This document shows positions 42,501 to 55,099 of a stretch of DNA of 64,000 nt, in pieces; within the stretch, counting starts at the first letter, position 1; each line of letters starts with the position of its first letter. The DNA comes from Adineta vaga (lineage: Eukaryota; Animalia; Rotifera). The notes beneath the pieces are model-generated. The model searched no databases, had not been told where the DNA came from, and was given only the letters and a program-made list of their open reading frames with translations. Made by a program: the position numbers and the translations under genes. Location: contig CP075495.1 of the NCBI GenBank assembly GCA_021613535.1, positions 15,934,001-15,998,000 of the forward strand. The letters run 5' to 3'.

Positions 42501-45500
42501 GACTTGCAATCATTGGATATCTTCTTAGATGATCTTAACCAAGCATATGTCGCAGGTCAACTATGTACACATGGAGAAAACGATGAAACTGTCCTACGTT
42601 ATCTTGATTGTAAATATCATTCTCCTATTCTTCTATTTGTCTTTATCATTATTCTTTCTACACAGATGCTCTCATTGAACAACAGATGTCAATGAGCGGC
42701 GCAAGTTTCTTTTGGCTTGATACACTTCATGATTGTCAACTCGATCGAACCCTTGCTTTACCTTACGATCGATATCGTCTTTCCAATCAACAGCGAACTG
42801 ATCGTGCAATATCTCTTACTTTCGATTCTGATCAACATCTTTCACATCGACTTCTTACTTATGCATCAACAAATAACATTTCATTTGAGCATCTTATTCT
42901 TTCACTCTATTTTCTGTTTCTCTACAAAATCACCAGTGGTCAAAAGGATCTCTGCATTGCTATCGATACACATGGTCGATATCGACCTGAATTCAACTCA
43001 ATCATTGGCGTTTTTGTCAATACGATTCCTCTTCGATGTCAACTTCATGCTCATTGGTCATTCATTCAATTCGTTGATCATGTGTGTGAAATAACAAGAA
43101 ATTCAATGAAATATTCATACTATCCACTTCAGCACATTCTCAATCAACATCCTCATCTCTCACATGCTGCATTTCTTCATACATCATTTGAATTCATCGT
43201 TTCACCAACTACAGGCAAACACAGAAATACAATTATTATTGGTGACAATCAACTTTCGTTGTTGCCTTTGTCAGTTCATACAAATGAAAATGAAATTATC
43301 AGTAAATTTGACTTCTTCGGTAGCTTCATACATAATCCAATGACAAATCAACTTTCATGTACAATGAATGCATCACTTGACTTGTTCACTTGTGAAACAA
43401 TTCAAACAATGACACAACGATTTCACCTCATGTTGCATCATTTATTTTCATCAAATGATACTGGTCGATCTGACACATCCATCTGCGAATTGTCATTCAC
43501 AATGCCTCATGAACAACTTCTTCTTCAATCATTAAACAATACACAAACTATATCTTCTCCTGTTACCACTGAGCATTGTATTCATCAGACATTTGTCAAA
43601 CAAGTGATAAAACATCCACAAAAACTAGCAGTTGAATTAGATGAACAATCATTGACATATGCTGAGCTGTTACATTCTGCTCAGATCTTATCCTTATACC
43701 TGCTGAATCGGTGCTCAGTTCTTGTAGGTGATATTGTTTGTCAATGTGTTGAACGAAGTATTACAATGGTAAGCATGTTGAATAAATACATATGTCCGAA
43801 ATGAAACTATTTTATTCATTTTAGGTAATTGGTATCATGGCAATTGAAATGACAGGTAGTGCTTATTGTCCTTTGTCACCTCGAGATCCTCATCATCGTT
43901 TGCAATCACTTGCAAAACAAACACACAGTCGACTTGTTCTTGTTCATTGGTTGACAAACGAGAAGTTTAACGATGATGTTATTTCATTAGATATCGAAAT
44001 GACACTAATAAGCAATTCTTATATCGAAAATCATATGAATTTTGATTCATTGTCCAATATAACAGTAACATCAGAGAATATAGCTTATGTTATTTTTACA
44101 AGTGGATCGACAGGAACACCAAAAGCGGTTCGTTGTCGTTTGCTCTCTCAAAATCTGAATGTCTTGTATATTATTTATAGGCTCAAGTTGCTCAAAAGAA
44201 TTTTATTGGCTGTATTCAATCATTGACTGAGATCAATTCATTCAATAGTGATGATATTGCTATACAAATGGCCCGTTGCTCATTTGATATTCATGTCCAA
44301 GAAATACTCGGTTTACTGATCGTTGGAGCAACTTTAGTAATGCTTCATCCACATGGAACACTCGATTTCGATTACTTGAAGGAAATGTTAGAGAAAAAAC
44401 AAATCTCATACATGCATTCGGTGCCAAGTTTGCTTCTTAGCTTCTTTATGTATGTTCAGCGATCAGACAGTATGCAGATCTCTTTTTATATTCGATCATT
44501 ATGTAGCATCGGTGAGTAACGTATTCAAAAATGTTTGCTGATTGGCGTCATATTGTTATACCATCTAGGTGAACCATTTTCGATTAAGTTAATCGACATC
44601 TTGAGGAAACTTGCCGTGCCACAACTGGTAGTATCGAATCTTTATGGTCCAGCAGAAGCAACTATAGCCTGTACAGGATGTGCCCCGAATATTCTAGAAA
44701 TATCTGAAAGTGTCCCTATAGGCCAACCTCTTCCTCGATATCGATGCTTGATCTTAGATGAATTTGATCAAGCGGTTGTCATTAATGAAGAAGGCGAATT
44801 GATTGTTGGTGGTGTTGGCGTCTTTATTGGATATCTTCATCGTGATGATTTAACGTCAAAAGCATTAGTTTATGTCGATAATGAGCTATTCTATCGAACG
44901 GGTGACCTTGTTCATGTCGATCACCATGGTTTTATTCATTATCGAGGAAGAAAGGATCATCAAATCAAAATACATGGTCAACGTATTGAATTGGGTGAAA
45001 TAGAACAATGTCTTTTATTGATTTCATCAATCTCAGCTTGTATCGTCGTGAAATGGACTGATGATAATCTTATTTCATATATTCAAAGTTTATCTGTTAA
45101 TGAACAAGAACTTCGTGATCATTGTCAGTCACATCTTCCATCGCACATGATTCCATCATATTTTATCATTCTTGATAAATTGCCATTGAATACAAATGGA
45201 AAAATCGATCGGAAGAGTCTTCCTGCGCCGCATTTCTCCTCGTCATCTGTTGAGGATGAGATTCAATTCAAATCACCCAGCAATGACATAGAAATCATTG
45301 TTCACAACACTTGTTGTGATATATTTCAACGAAAAAGCATTTCAATCAATACAAATCTTTTCACACTTGGTGCTCACTCTCTTCTCATGATACAACTCTT
45401 TCATCGATATAAAACAAAATTTCAATTACATTCAAATTCATTTTCTATCACTGATCTTTTTCAACATCCAACTATTTATGATCATGCTCAAATTATTCAT

Positions 45501-48500
45501 CAAACTCTCGACATGACACAAACAATGCATGACTCAACTTGGTTTTCACTCCATCTAACACAAGGTGAGACATGCACATATGACAGAATGTATGAACAAT
45601 CCGGAATCTTTTCTTTTCTTCTTCTCTCTTCTTCTAGCAAAAGCGTCCTATGCACAAGAACGTATCTACTTAGATGAACAAATTCGTTTCACAACACAAA
45701 CAAGCAATCATAATATGTATGTTATTCCATTATTATATCGTGTTTCATCTCTTAACAATCACATATCATTATCACGATTGCATCATGCATTGCAAAATGT
45801 TATTACAAAACATCGTATTCTACAAACAGCTCTTTACCTCGACACAAATGGAATTCTTATACAACATTGCTCTAAGACGAAATCATGTTCATTATCGGTC
45901 GATGATCTTCTTCAATATGAAAACTGTACGACACATGAAGCTGTCATAAATATTATGAATCAGCCGAGTTTATTTGATTTATCCACAGGCAATGTAATTA
46001 ACTGTCACATTCTCCGTTCTCATCGATCATCATCATCATCTCATAATAACAATAACCAAAATGATGAGCATAATGATGATCTGTTGAATACAGATGATCT
46101 TATCCTATTCACTATTCATCATGCATTCTTCGATGGAACATCAACATCAGTCTTTATTCGTGATCTTTCTCTTGCCTATTCGACGAGCAATTCTTCTGAT
46201 TCTTCTCCATCTATAAATCTTGATCCAACATTTCAATACATTGATTATTCAGTTCATGAACATCTCATCGACATGACAACATCTCAACAATTTTGGTCTT
46301 CACAACTCCATGGATTCGATTTTCAACACCATCATCATCCTTCCTTATTGTGTGTCGATCGAGAACGATCATCACCAACAACTGTTCTCAATCAACGATC
46401 AGGTTCAGCATCAATTGCTTCATTTTCATTTGATCAACGATTATGTACGTCGTTTGTCAACTATGCATCTCAACATCATCTTACACTGTTTCAACTTGCT
46501 CTAGCAACATTCTATGTATTTCTCTTTCGATTATCTCACTGTCAAACCGATCTATGTATCGCTTCAATTAATTCAAATCGGTATCGATCTGAATTACAAA
46601 ATATGATTGGAATGTTCGTTGCAACATTACCTTATCGTCTTCAACTGGATCGACATTGTTCATTTAATGAACTCGTTCGACAAGTTCGAAATCAATGTCT
46701 ATCAATTCTTCCACATTCTCATTATCCACTTCAACATCTTCTTGCTGATTTTCATCTTAATCAATCGAATGTTTCATTTCTTGAAATAATGTTTGATTTC
46801 ATTAATATTTCATCTAATCGTAGTTCATTTCGTTTGGATGAAACGCCTTTAGAACAAATATCCTTAGAACAATCAGATCAGGTGGCTAAATTCGATTTTT
46901 CCTTGCACTTCGTGTACGACGCCACAGCGTCGAATGACGAACAACTATCATGTGTATTTATTTGTTCATCTGATTTATTCGACGAGAGAACAGTTACACA
47001 AATCAGTGTACGATTTCAATATCTTTTCGAACAGTTGTTTGCATCGAACGAAAGGGCGGAAATAGGAAACGTATTTGATGTACCTATATCGTCATTTAAT
47101 CTCATTTTACCAGAAGAAGCGAGAGAAATCGACGATGTTATGTTTAGCCGACAAGATGACGTGATAAATGAAGGTAATGGTTTGTCTTTGTTGTTTTATA
47201 TGTTGCCGAAAAGGCTATAGACTAGACCAAAAGTGTTCATAGTTGATCTGCTTTTTGAGGGTGTGGATGGGTTTGGGTGTAGGGTTGATGTAATACTGAC
47301 ACCTACACCCATTCAAAATCACCCACACTCACACCGCCCAGGTAAACCCTACTTTCTTGTTCTCTCTTAAAAAAACGTCAATAATTGGGAAATGATCGCA
47401 AAAGTTATTTCACAAGAAATGTTCTGAATTTTATTTCAGCATTCTGTCTCGTTGTTATAGCACCAGCATCGTATACACAAGCACGTATTTGGCTCGAGGA
47501 CACGAAATCAGAAGCTGCAGCTTATCACATGCCGTTTGTGTATCGTTTTGTTTCATCTAATACTATATCAACGAAACAACTTCAAAATGCTCTTCAACTG
47601 TGTGTGGGTAAACACCAATCACTTCATACATCACTGAACTTTGATACAGAAAAAAATCAACTCATGCAACGAGTTATAGATTCGCACGAGACCTACAATG
47701 GATTATTTAGATTCGTCGAAAGTACTTATGAAACAGAGGAACAACTCTATAATATTATACACGAAGAAAAACATAATTCACAACTTTTTCATCTTGCTCG
47801 TGGACTCGTCTTTCGATGTCATGTAGTTTATTACAAACAAATTTCTTTCGATGCACATCTTTCTGACAAAGATGTCCTTATTTTTAACTTTCATCATGCT
47901 GTTTTTGATCTTCCATCAATGAATCTATTTCTTCATGATCTTAATCAAGCTTATACAACAGATCAACTATTAACAAATGATAATGATAATAATACTCTAC
48001 GCTATCTTGATTGTAACTATAAATATTTCTAATAATTTCTTTTCATGAGACATAATCTCTCTCGCTGTTATTTAGATGCTCTCATTGAACGACAAATGTC
48101 AATGCATGGTGCTAGTAGGTTTTGGCTTGATACTCTTCATGATTGTAACATTAATCAACCTTTATCATTACCGTATGATCGACACCGTCTCACAGATGAA
48201 CATCGAACTAATAATGGAACTTCGGTTTCTTTTCATGTTAATCAAGATCTATCGTATAATTTTCTCTCATACGCATTGTTGAATAATACCACACCTGAAC
48301 AACTAGCACTTGCTATGTACTATGCCTTTTTATTTAAAATAACTAATGGAGAAAAAGATCTATCTATTGGGATAAGTACCGATGGTCGATATAGGAATGA
48401 ACTGAAATCAATTATTGGAGTATTTGGTAATATTATTCCTTTACGATGTGAATTCCATCATTATTGGTCTTGTCATCAACTGATCGAACATGTCAAAGAG

Positions 48501-51500
48501 ATGTCAACAACTAGTATGAAATATTCTTATTTTCCTCTTCAGCATATTTTCGATCAGCATTTGGATACTTCAAAGCTTGCAGCTCTTAGTACATCATTCG
48601 AATACATATCATCCACGTTGAACATTGTCAAAAATGAAACAAACATCGATAATAGTCGACTCTGTTTGATGCCCTTCACTATGAAGACGCATGATAATGA
48701 AATGATGAGCAAGTTTGATTTCATTCTCAAAATTGAACATGATTGCAATATCAATCAACTGTCATGTACAATCAATGCATCACTTGATATATTCAAAGTG
48801 GAAACAGTTCATATGATTCAACAACGATGGTATTCAATGTTGGAACAATTATTTACATCTGTTCATGATCCAAAAATGAACAAATCCATTTATGAATTAT
48901 CGTTACAACTGCCAGATGAACAATTCCTGACACAATCTATGAACAATACACAAACATCAATTTCTTTTATGAGTTGTATTCATCAAAAATTTTCATATCA
49001 AGTAATGAAACATCCGCAAAAATTAGCTGTTGAACTCGATAATCAATCGCTGACATATACTGAATTATTACATTATGCTCAAATATTATCTTTAAATCTC
49101 CTAAAGAAACACTTTGTAAAGGCAGGTGATATAATTTGTCAATGTGTTGACAGGAGTTTATCAATGGTAAACTTGTTGAAATCAATTTTTCGTTCTCATT
49201 TAAATATTCACGCTATTTAGGTTATTGGCATGATGGCCATTGAAATGACTGGTGGTGTCTATTGTCCACTGTCACCTCGAGATCCACGACATCGTTTACA
49301 TGCACTTGTACAACAGACTCAAGCTCGTGTTGTCCTCGTCAATTTTCTGACCAGAACTAAATTTCATAATGAGATCGTACAAGTGGATTTCGATACGAAT
49401 TTGATTGATTATTACGAGAAAACTAATACGGATTTTGAGCGATTATCGAATGTTAGCGTGACTTCGGATAATATTGCCTATGTCATCTTTACAAGCGGTT
49501 CAACTGGCACACCCAAAGCGGTAATTTTATTCTTATTTTTTATATGACTTTAAAATATATTTCTTTGTAAAGGTTCAAATTCGGCATCGTAATTTTGTGG
49601 GATGTATTCAATCTCTACTTCATATTGGCTTATATACATCTAGTGATATTGTAATGCAAATGGCAAGCTGTTCTTACGATGTTCACGTGCAAGAAATTCT
49701 AGGAACATTGATAATTGGTTCGAATCTTGTATTTCTTCACCCTGAAGGAAACATGGATGTGGAATATGTTGTAACAGTTTTGAAGGAAAAACAGATAACA
49801 TACATGCAAAGTGTTCCAGCATATCTCAGTTATATGTGTGATTTTCTCGTAAAAAATGATCATCCAAAATTGGAAACATTACGCACTCTTGATATCGGCG
49901 GTAAGATATTTGCATAAATAGTCAGAAATTCTCTATTAATGTTTTCTAGGCGACAAAAGTACAGTTCAACTATTTGAAAAACTATACAAACACATATTAC
50001 AAAATGCTAGAATAGTGCATTTGTATGGACCGGCAGAAACAACCATTGACTGTACATATCACTTCGTTGATATGCAACTCGACAAAACAAGTGCGCCAAT
50101 TGGCCGCTCACTGCCCAGTTATAAGTGTATGATTCTGGACGAGTTCTTACAACAAGTTCTTGTTCATCAAGATGGTGAATTATATGTTGGAGGTGTTGGT
50201 GTCTTTGCTGGCTATTTGGGACATAACGAGCTGACAGGAAAGGCACTGTTAGTTATCAATGGCGAGATATTTTACCGAACAGGTGATCTAGTTATGTTGG
50301 ATAAAAATAATCTTCTTCATCATAGAGGCAGAAAAGATTATCAAGTCAAATTACACGGACAGCGGATTGAATTAGGAGAAATCGAAAAATGCTTACTAAG
50401 TGCACCTATTTCTGCTTGTATTGTTACGAAATGGAATGATAGCCAGCTAGTTGCTTATATTCAAAGCTCTACTATTGATGATAAACAAATACGTGAACAT
50501 TGCCAAACTTATTTACCGTCCCATATGATTCCATCCAAATTTATTATCCTTGAACAATTACCATTAAACGCCAATGGAAAAGTAGACCGCAAACAACTAC
50601 CATCGCCCAAAAACCTCATTCAGTTCGATAACTACACTAGTGATGCAGAACCACTAACACCATTGGAAGAGCGTCTATGTCGTATCTTTAGCGAAGCATT
50701 TCACAGTGATTCACCTGACGTAAATATGTCCTTTGGACATATGGGTGGCACATCATTAGATGCTATAAGAGCACTCTGGCTGATACGAAAAGAAATTTGT
50801 AATAAAATCGATGCCAGTACATTATTTTTAAATCCATCTGTTCGACAACTCGCAAAAGCCATCGAACCACTGCTAATTATACTTGACGAATCATCTGTGA
50901 CTCCTATGACTCAAGAAACTGTCGACGAGAAGGAAAGGCCTATGCCATCTTTATGTATTGAGTTAATAGGCATTCTATTAATTATAGCTCATGGGTTAAG
51001 CCCCCTATGGTCATTGTATTATTTTAACTTTCCCATCGCTCTTATTTTTATACCCGTCTTTCATCTTTTATCATACGTTGTTTGCCAGCGTTTAATGTTT
51101 CTTCAACAGGAGACTGTGAAACGAAACAAAAAATTATATTCATGGCAATATTATCGTTGGTGGTTTTTAAATAGTTTATGGTTGACAAATAATTCTTATT
51201 GGTTGCAACATTTAATAGGCACACCTTTTTACAATTTTTATTTACGATTATGTGGCGCCAAAATTGGATGTCATGCACATATCTACACAACATTGATTGA
51301 TGCACCTTGGTTAATTGAAGTCGGTGAATCGACATTTATCGGCGAAGAAGTGGTGTTTTCAAATTTATCTTATCAAGATCAAACTTATGAACTTCATCCA
51401 ATTTATATTGGATCGCATTGTTCTGTCAACACACGTAGTATACTATATGACAAGGTGATTATCGAAGACCATGTCTATGTGGAACCTATGTCTGCCATTA

Positions 51501-52952
51501 CTGGTCATATTATGCTATCTTCTGACCGAATAGTTATTAAAGATCGGTCAATATCGTTGAATCAAACAATATATCAGTTCATTTGCCTAGTTGGTCTTTT
51601 CTTTATCCACAGTATAACTTTTTTCTTAGCATATTGCGTTTATCGCTGTTTTGTTATTCTATCGGTACCGTTGCCTATTCGACTTACACTAATTTGGTTG
51701 GTTTGGAGTTTAATGAGTATTTTTATTGTCCTTCTCTTTTTAAAGTTTATAGTGCGTTCTGTTACTATAGGACATTACAAACTTAATTCGTACTATTATC
51801 TTCATAAATTTTGGTTACGTCAATTGATCGTTACATCATTTTCTCATTCTCTAGATCTTATACCCGAGTACGAGGCTTTTGCACCAATTATTTTGCGTTG
51901 GCTAGGTGCTCGTATTGAAAACGATGTCAAATTCAGTGAATTTCGACAAATTTTATATTTTCCATCAAATCTGCTTAGTGTTGACAGTGGTGTTACAACG
52001 TTTCTGGGAGCTAAACTTCTTCCTTATGAAATGACAAGAGAAGGTCTTTGTTGTTTTGACCATACACACCTTAGCTTCAATGCAACTCTTGGTAATTGGT
52101 GTACAATAATGCCCGGTGCACAGTTTTCATCTGGTATCACAGTCAGTAGTCTTTCATTAGTGACACGCGAAACAGTTAATATGGATGCTAATAAGATATT
52201 CCTCGGCATTCCAGCTCGTGAAATGCCTTTTGCAGTAGTCGATAACATGTCTGCTGAAAATGACTTATCATTTTATTCTAATTCGTTCTCGATATCTGCT
52301 CTATTAATTCATATCATTATTTTTTTCATAATCAGATGTGCAACTATCAGTCTATATATATTGTTACCAGCTTCTGTTGCAACATTTATGCTTCTCATTA
52401 TTTTTTGTATAGCATGCCGTTATTTTATTTTCATTGCTTTTGGAATCAAACACAAATCTTCAGATCTTATTACCCTTGTGAACGTGATAATACTTAAATT
52501 TGTAGTAAGTTATTGGGTATTCTTCGCACCATACTTATCAGGAACACAATTTTTTGTGTTTATATTCCGTGTTATGGGTGCTAAAATTGGATACGATGTT
52601 ATTTTGAACGGTATATTATGCCTTACTGATCCCTTTCTTACAAGTATTGGTAACCATGTTCGCTTACAAATGGGCGCTCATATTGTGGTAGGAAATCATG
52701 TTTTATGCTAGACTTCATAAAGAGCATTTTTTAAATAAATTTTTTAAGTGTCATTCATTTGAACAACGTTTGTCGAAGTTCAAGCATGTCACTGTCAATG
52801 ATTCCAGCATACTTATGAGCAACGTAGCAGTATATTCAGGATCAACACTTGGTGGGCAAAATCGTCTTTTACCATTAACATTTGTGATGAAAAATGACCA
52901 ACTGCAACCTAACACAAATTGGTATGGTGTACCAGCACAAAAAATTGTTTAA
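27540..52952 (+). CDS. Giant multimodular nonribosomal peptide synthetase, C-T-C-C-A-T-C-C-A-T-C-C-A-T plus Pls/PosA-like membrane terminal domain; 21 exons, about 6113 aa
   Basis: Exons: 27540-29112, 29167-29562, 29620-31077, 32299-32880, 32937-34039, 34096-34398, 34452-34782, 34842-35837, 35911-37446, 42028-42609, 42666-43768, 43825-44127, 44181-44511, 44569-45564, 45638-47173, 47461-48012, 48076-49166, 49221-49520, 49573-49900, 49950-52687, 52749-52952. Sum is 18342 nt and all introns are GT-AG. C motifs: SYAQER/SYAQTR and HHxxxD. A motifs: YVIFTSGSTGTPK, YGPAE, YRTGD, GRKDxQxKxHGQRIELGEIE and NGK. T motifs: GGDSL, GAHSL, GAHSL and GGTSL. The true 5' start may lie further upstream (acceptor-like site near 27524). 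Confidence 0.9.
31990..37525 (+). repeat. NRPS module-1 copy of a 5.5-kb direct duplication
   Basis: Matches 41719-47252 at offset 9729, then 9727 after the divergent intron. Confidence 0.95.
37765..38813. mobile_element. hAT-like non-autonomous element inserted in the RTE 3' end
   Basis: TIR CAGGGCTGCCATC / GATGGCAGCCCTG, 8-bp TSD GTGTCAAT (37757-37764, 38814-38821), subterminal GTACCCCA repeats. Confidence 0.9.
37937..38143. mobile_element. P-element-like MITE nested in the hAT-like element
   Basis: TIR CAAGG.GGAACAAACTGATTTC and 8-bp TSD GCTATAAT (37929-37936, 38144-38151). Confidence 0.8.
41719..47252 (+). repeat. NRPS module-2 copy of the 5.5-kb direct duplication
   Basis: Identical translated ORFs to module 1 except in the A-domain pocket region 44181-44725. 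Confidence 0.95.
50930..52952 (+). other. Pls/PosA-like NRPS terminal region: three repeats of TM segments plus LbH-like units
   Basis: Three repeats: LYSWQYYRWW..GTPFYNFYLRLCGAKIG, GHYKLNSYYY..ILRWLGARIE and SGTQFFVFIFRVMGAKIG. Each is preceded by hydrophobic TM segments. Ends in CHSFEQR..TFVMKND..WYGVPA. Confidence 0.85.
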
Positions 52953-53279
52953 TGCTTCCTAATAAACTCAGTATCAGTTAATATTTTTATTATTTCTAAT
53001 TTTTCCTCGTGTTATCATTTTTCAATATAATACTGTCAGAGATTGGACTCAAGCACTTCTGTGTACTTGCGCTCAATCTCTTATTACCGTAAACTAAAAA
53101 AATAGTATTTTATTGCTTTCTCTTCGTTTTTCCAATCAGTTGAAATTAAATCTTTATCTATCTTTTATTTTCTTGTTTTCTTTTATAAACAGAAGGGCTT
53201 TTCTACAATTTATTTACATTTAATATCAAAAGACTACCAATATTTATTAATAAATTTAATTCCTCGTCTGAAAGAAGGG

Positions 53280-54246
53280 TCATATTAATATATATATATA
53301 TAATGTTCAGTGTGTGTCTGTGTGTGTGTTTCTCTGTGCCGGGTCAAAGGTTAAAGGTCAGAGGTCAAAGATGGACGATGAAATATTTTAGAACATTCAA
53401 GAATCAAGTATACAGAATAAGAATTTTCTCGAATGTTCTAGGACGTTCCACAAAGATGTGAAAGGTTCTAGAACATCCTCGAAGTATCCCGAAGGAAAAT
53501 GGGTATAAAAGATTAAAGGTGAAAGCGTATATAGATTCTAGAAGATGGCCGCCGGTTCCCAGTTGCTACATTGTGAGATTATCGATAGGTCGCCGAGTAC
53601 TGTTTGGTGGAAATGGCTCATATGTCACCAAGTACTGTGTTATGGAGACTGATAAGTCTCCGGGTATTACATTACGGGGCACTGATAGATCCGGAGATAT
53701 TATATGAATGAATGACCATGCATTCCGAAGTACTTTGTTTTGGGAATAGTGATAAGTCCTCAAGGATCGTATTGTATTCGTTTTGATGGAACCAAACCAC
53801 AAGCACATAATGGAGATGGCAATAAGTCCTGAATGCATATTGTTGGGAGATATCCAAAGCTCGAGGGCAGATATTGTATGGAGGCAACGATAGGTTCTGA
53901 ACACTACGCTGTCACAATATCCGTAGGTCCTGAAGAGCTGTTATATCCGAGTACCAAAAGATCGAGAAGCACTATTGTTTAGAGGTGTCGGCAGATCCTG
54001 AACAGATATTATACTAGGATACGTATAGGCATGGAAAGAAATAATTGAACAGATGACCAAATATTAACTGAATAGTCTTATAAATTCAGAGTTATTGAAT
54101 TGTAAAGATATGGGAGTGGGAGGTTGTGGAACTATCGAACTTGATATCTAATGTCTCTATGGCTATTTTTCGATGTCAACCGAAACGTCCACCACCCTAC
54201 ACTGAAGACAAAAATTAGCGGTGCAGTATGCACCGGGTCTCGCTAG
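53280..54246 (+). mobile_element. Non-autonomous Helitron
   Basis: 3' hairpin CGGTGCA-GTA-TGCACCG (54219-54235) then CTAG|T (54243-54246). (TA)n and (TG)n tracts near the 5' end; 5' limit approximate. Confidence 0.7.
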
Positions 54247-54257
54247 TATATATATAT

Positions 54258-55099
54258 GAGTGAGTTGCAACTTCATTGTACCGTTTGATTAAAAAAAATG
54301 TCAAAATATTTTTCTCGATTTTTTTCTGAAATGAGTAGTTCGTTGTACTGTACTATAGAAGAGAAGAACACTGCCAAGTTTTCCAAACTACCACTAGGCA
54401 TTTGGCCAAAATACGCTGATATATGCTTTTTCTTTCAAATATAAAATTTTTCCGTATGAAAGAATTTTAAGAAAATATAGTTAAAAGTTTTATAAGTTAA
54501 GGTCTTATATATGTGTACTATTGGGAACTGTCTTTCTTCTCGCTTCGTTTTAGTAGTTTAAACGATTAATAGTCTCGCGTGACATGTTTACGATCTTTTC
54601 CCTCTTTTGTACGATAGAGATATCTTCTAATTTTGATATTTAAACCAGTTGTTAACCACAAAGAGTAGTCAAAATAATCAAAGTTTGGTTGTGTTTTGGT
54701 GCAGTATAGGAGAACTATACTCTGAACAAGTTGAAAAGTCTCGCGTGACATTTTGTATGCCACTCGATTTTTTAAGTTTCTTTTTATTTTTTTTTGTTAA
54801 CAACAGGCAGGACAATTCTTTATTAGTCTTTGGTGGTCTTATATAGTATCAATTGCCTTTTGTTTGTTACCGACCCGATTAGTTTTAAGCGGATCGTCAA
54901 GTAGCAAAATGAATTTTAATCGCGCGTGACCGAAAATATAGAGTTGTAACTTTTTCTCCGGAAAACGGTGGCAGAAATCGGACTTTTGCATTTTTTGCAG
55001 TCAATATCTCAGGACTTATTCAAGATAATCTAGTGTTCTTTTTCAGGAGTGAAGATGTTTGCTTAGTAGAACATATGATATAAAAATCACGATGATTGG
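54258..55099. mobile_element. Left part of a GAG-terminated (Sola2-like) non-autonomous element, truncated by piggyBac
   Basis: ATAT-GAGTGAGTTGC..ATTGTACCGTT resembles the TIR at 59033 and 60307. Internal CGCGTGAC repeats. Confidence 0.5.

Noticed and set aside
32311-46789. Overlapping alternative-frame ORFs within NRPS exons (e.g. 32311, 32988, 35947 and their copies)
   Set aside because: No motifs, and they are repeated only because of the duplication.
31990-47252. Module duplication as a pure assembly artefact
   Set aside because: The copies differ in a coherent, frame-preserving 550-bp region with distinct valid introns and have different flanks. Long reads are still needed for final proof.
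27540-52952. Several separate or frameshifted NRPS pseudogenes, as the ORF track suggests
   Set aside because: Every break coincides with a GT-AG intron, and the joined exons keep one frame to the stop at 52950-52952.
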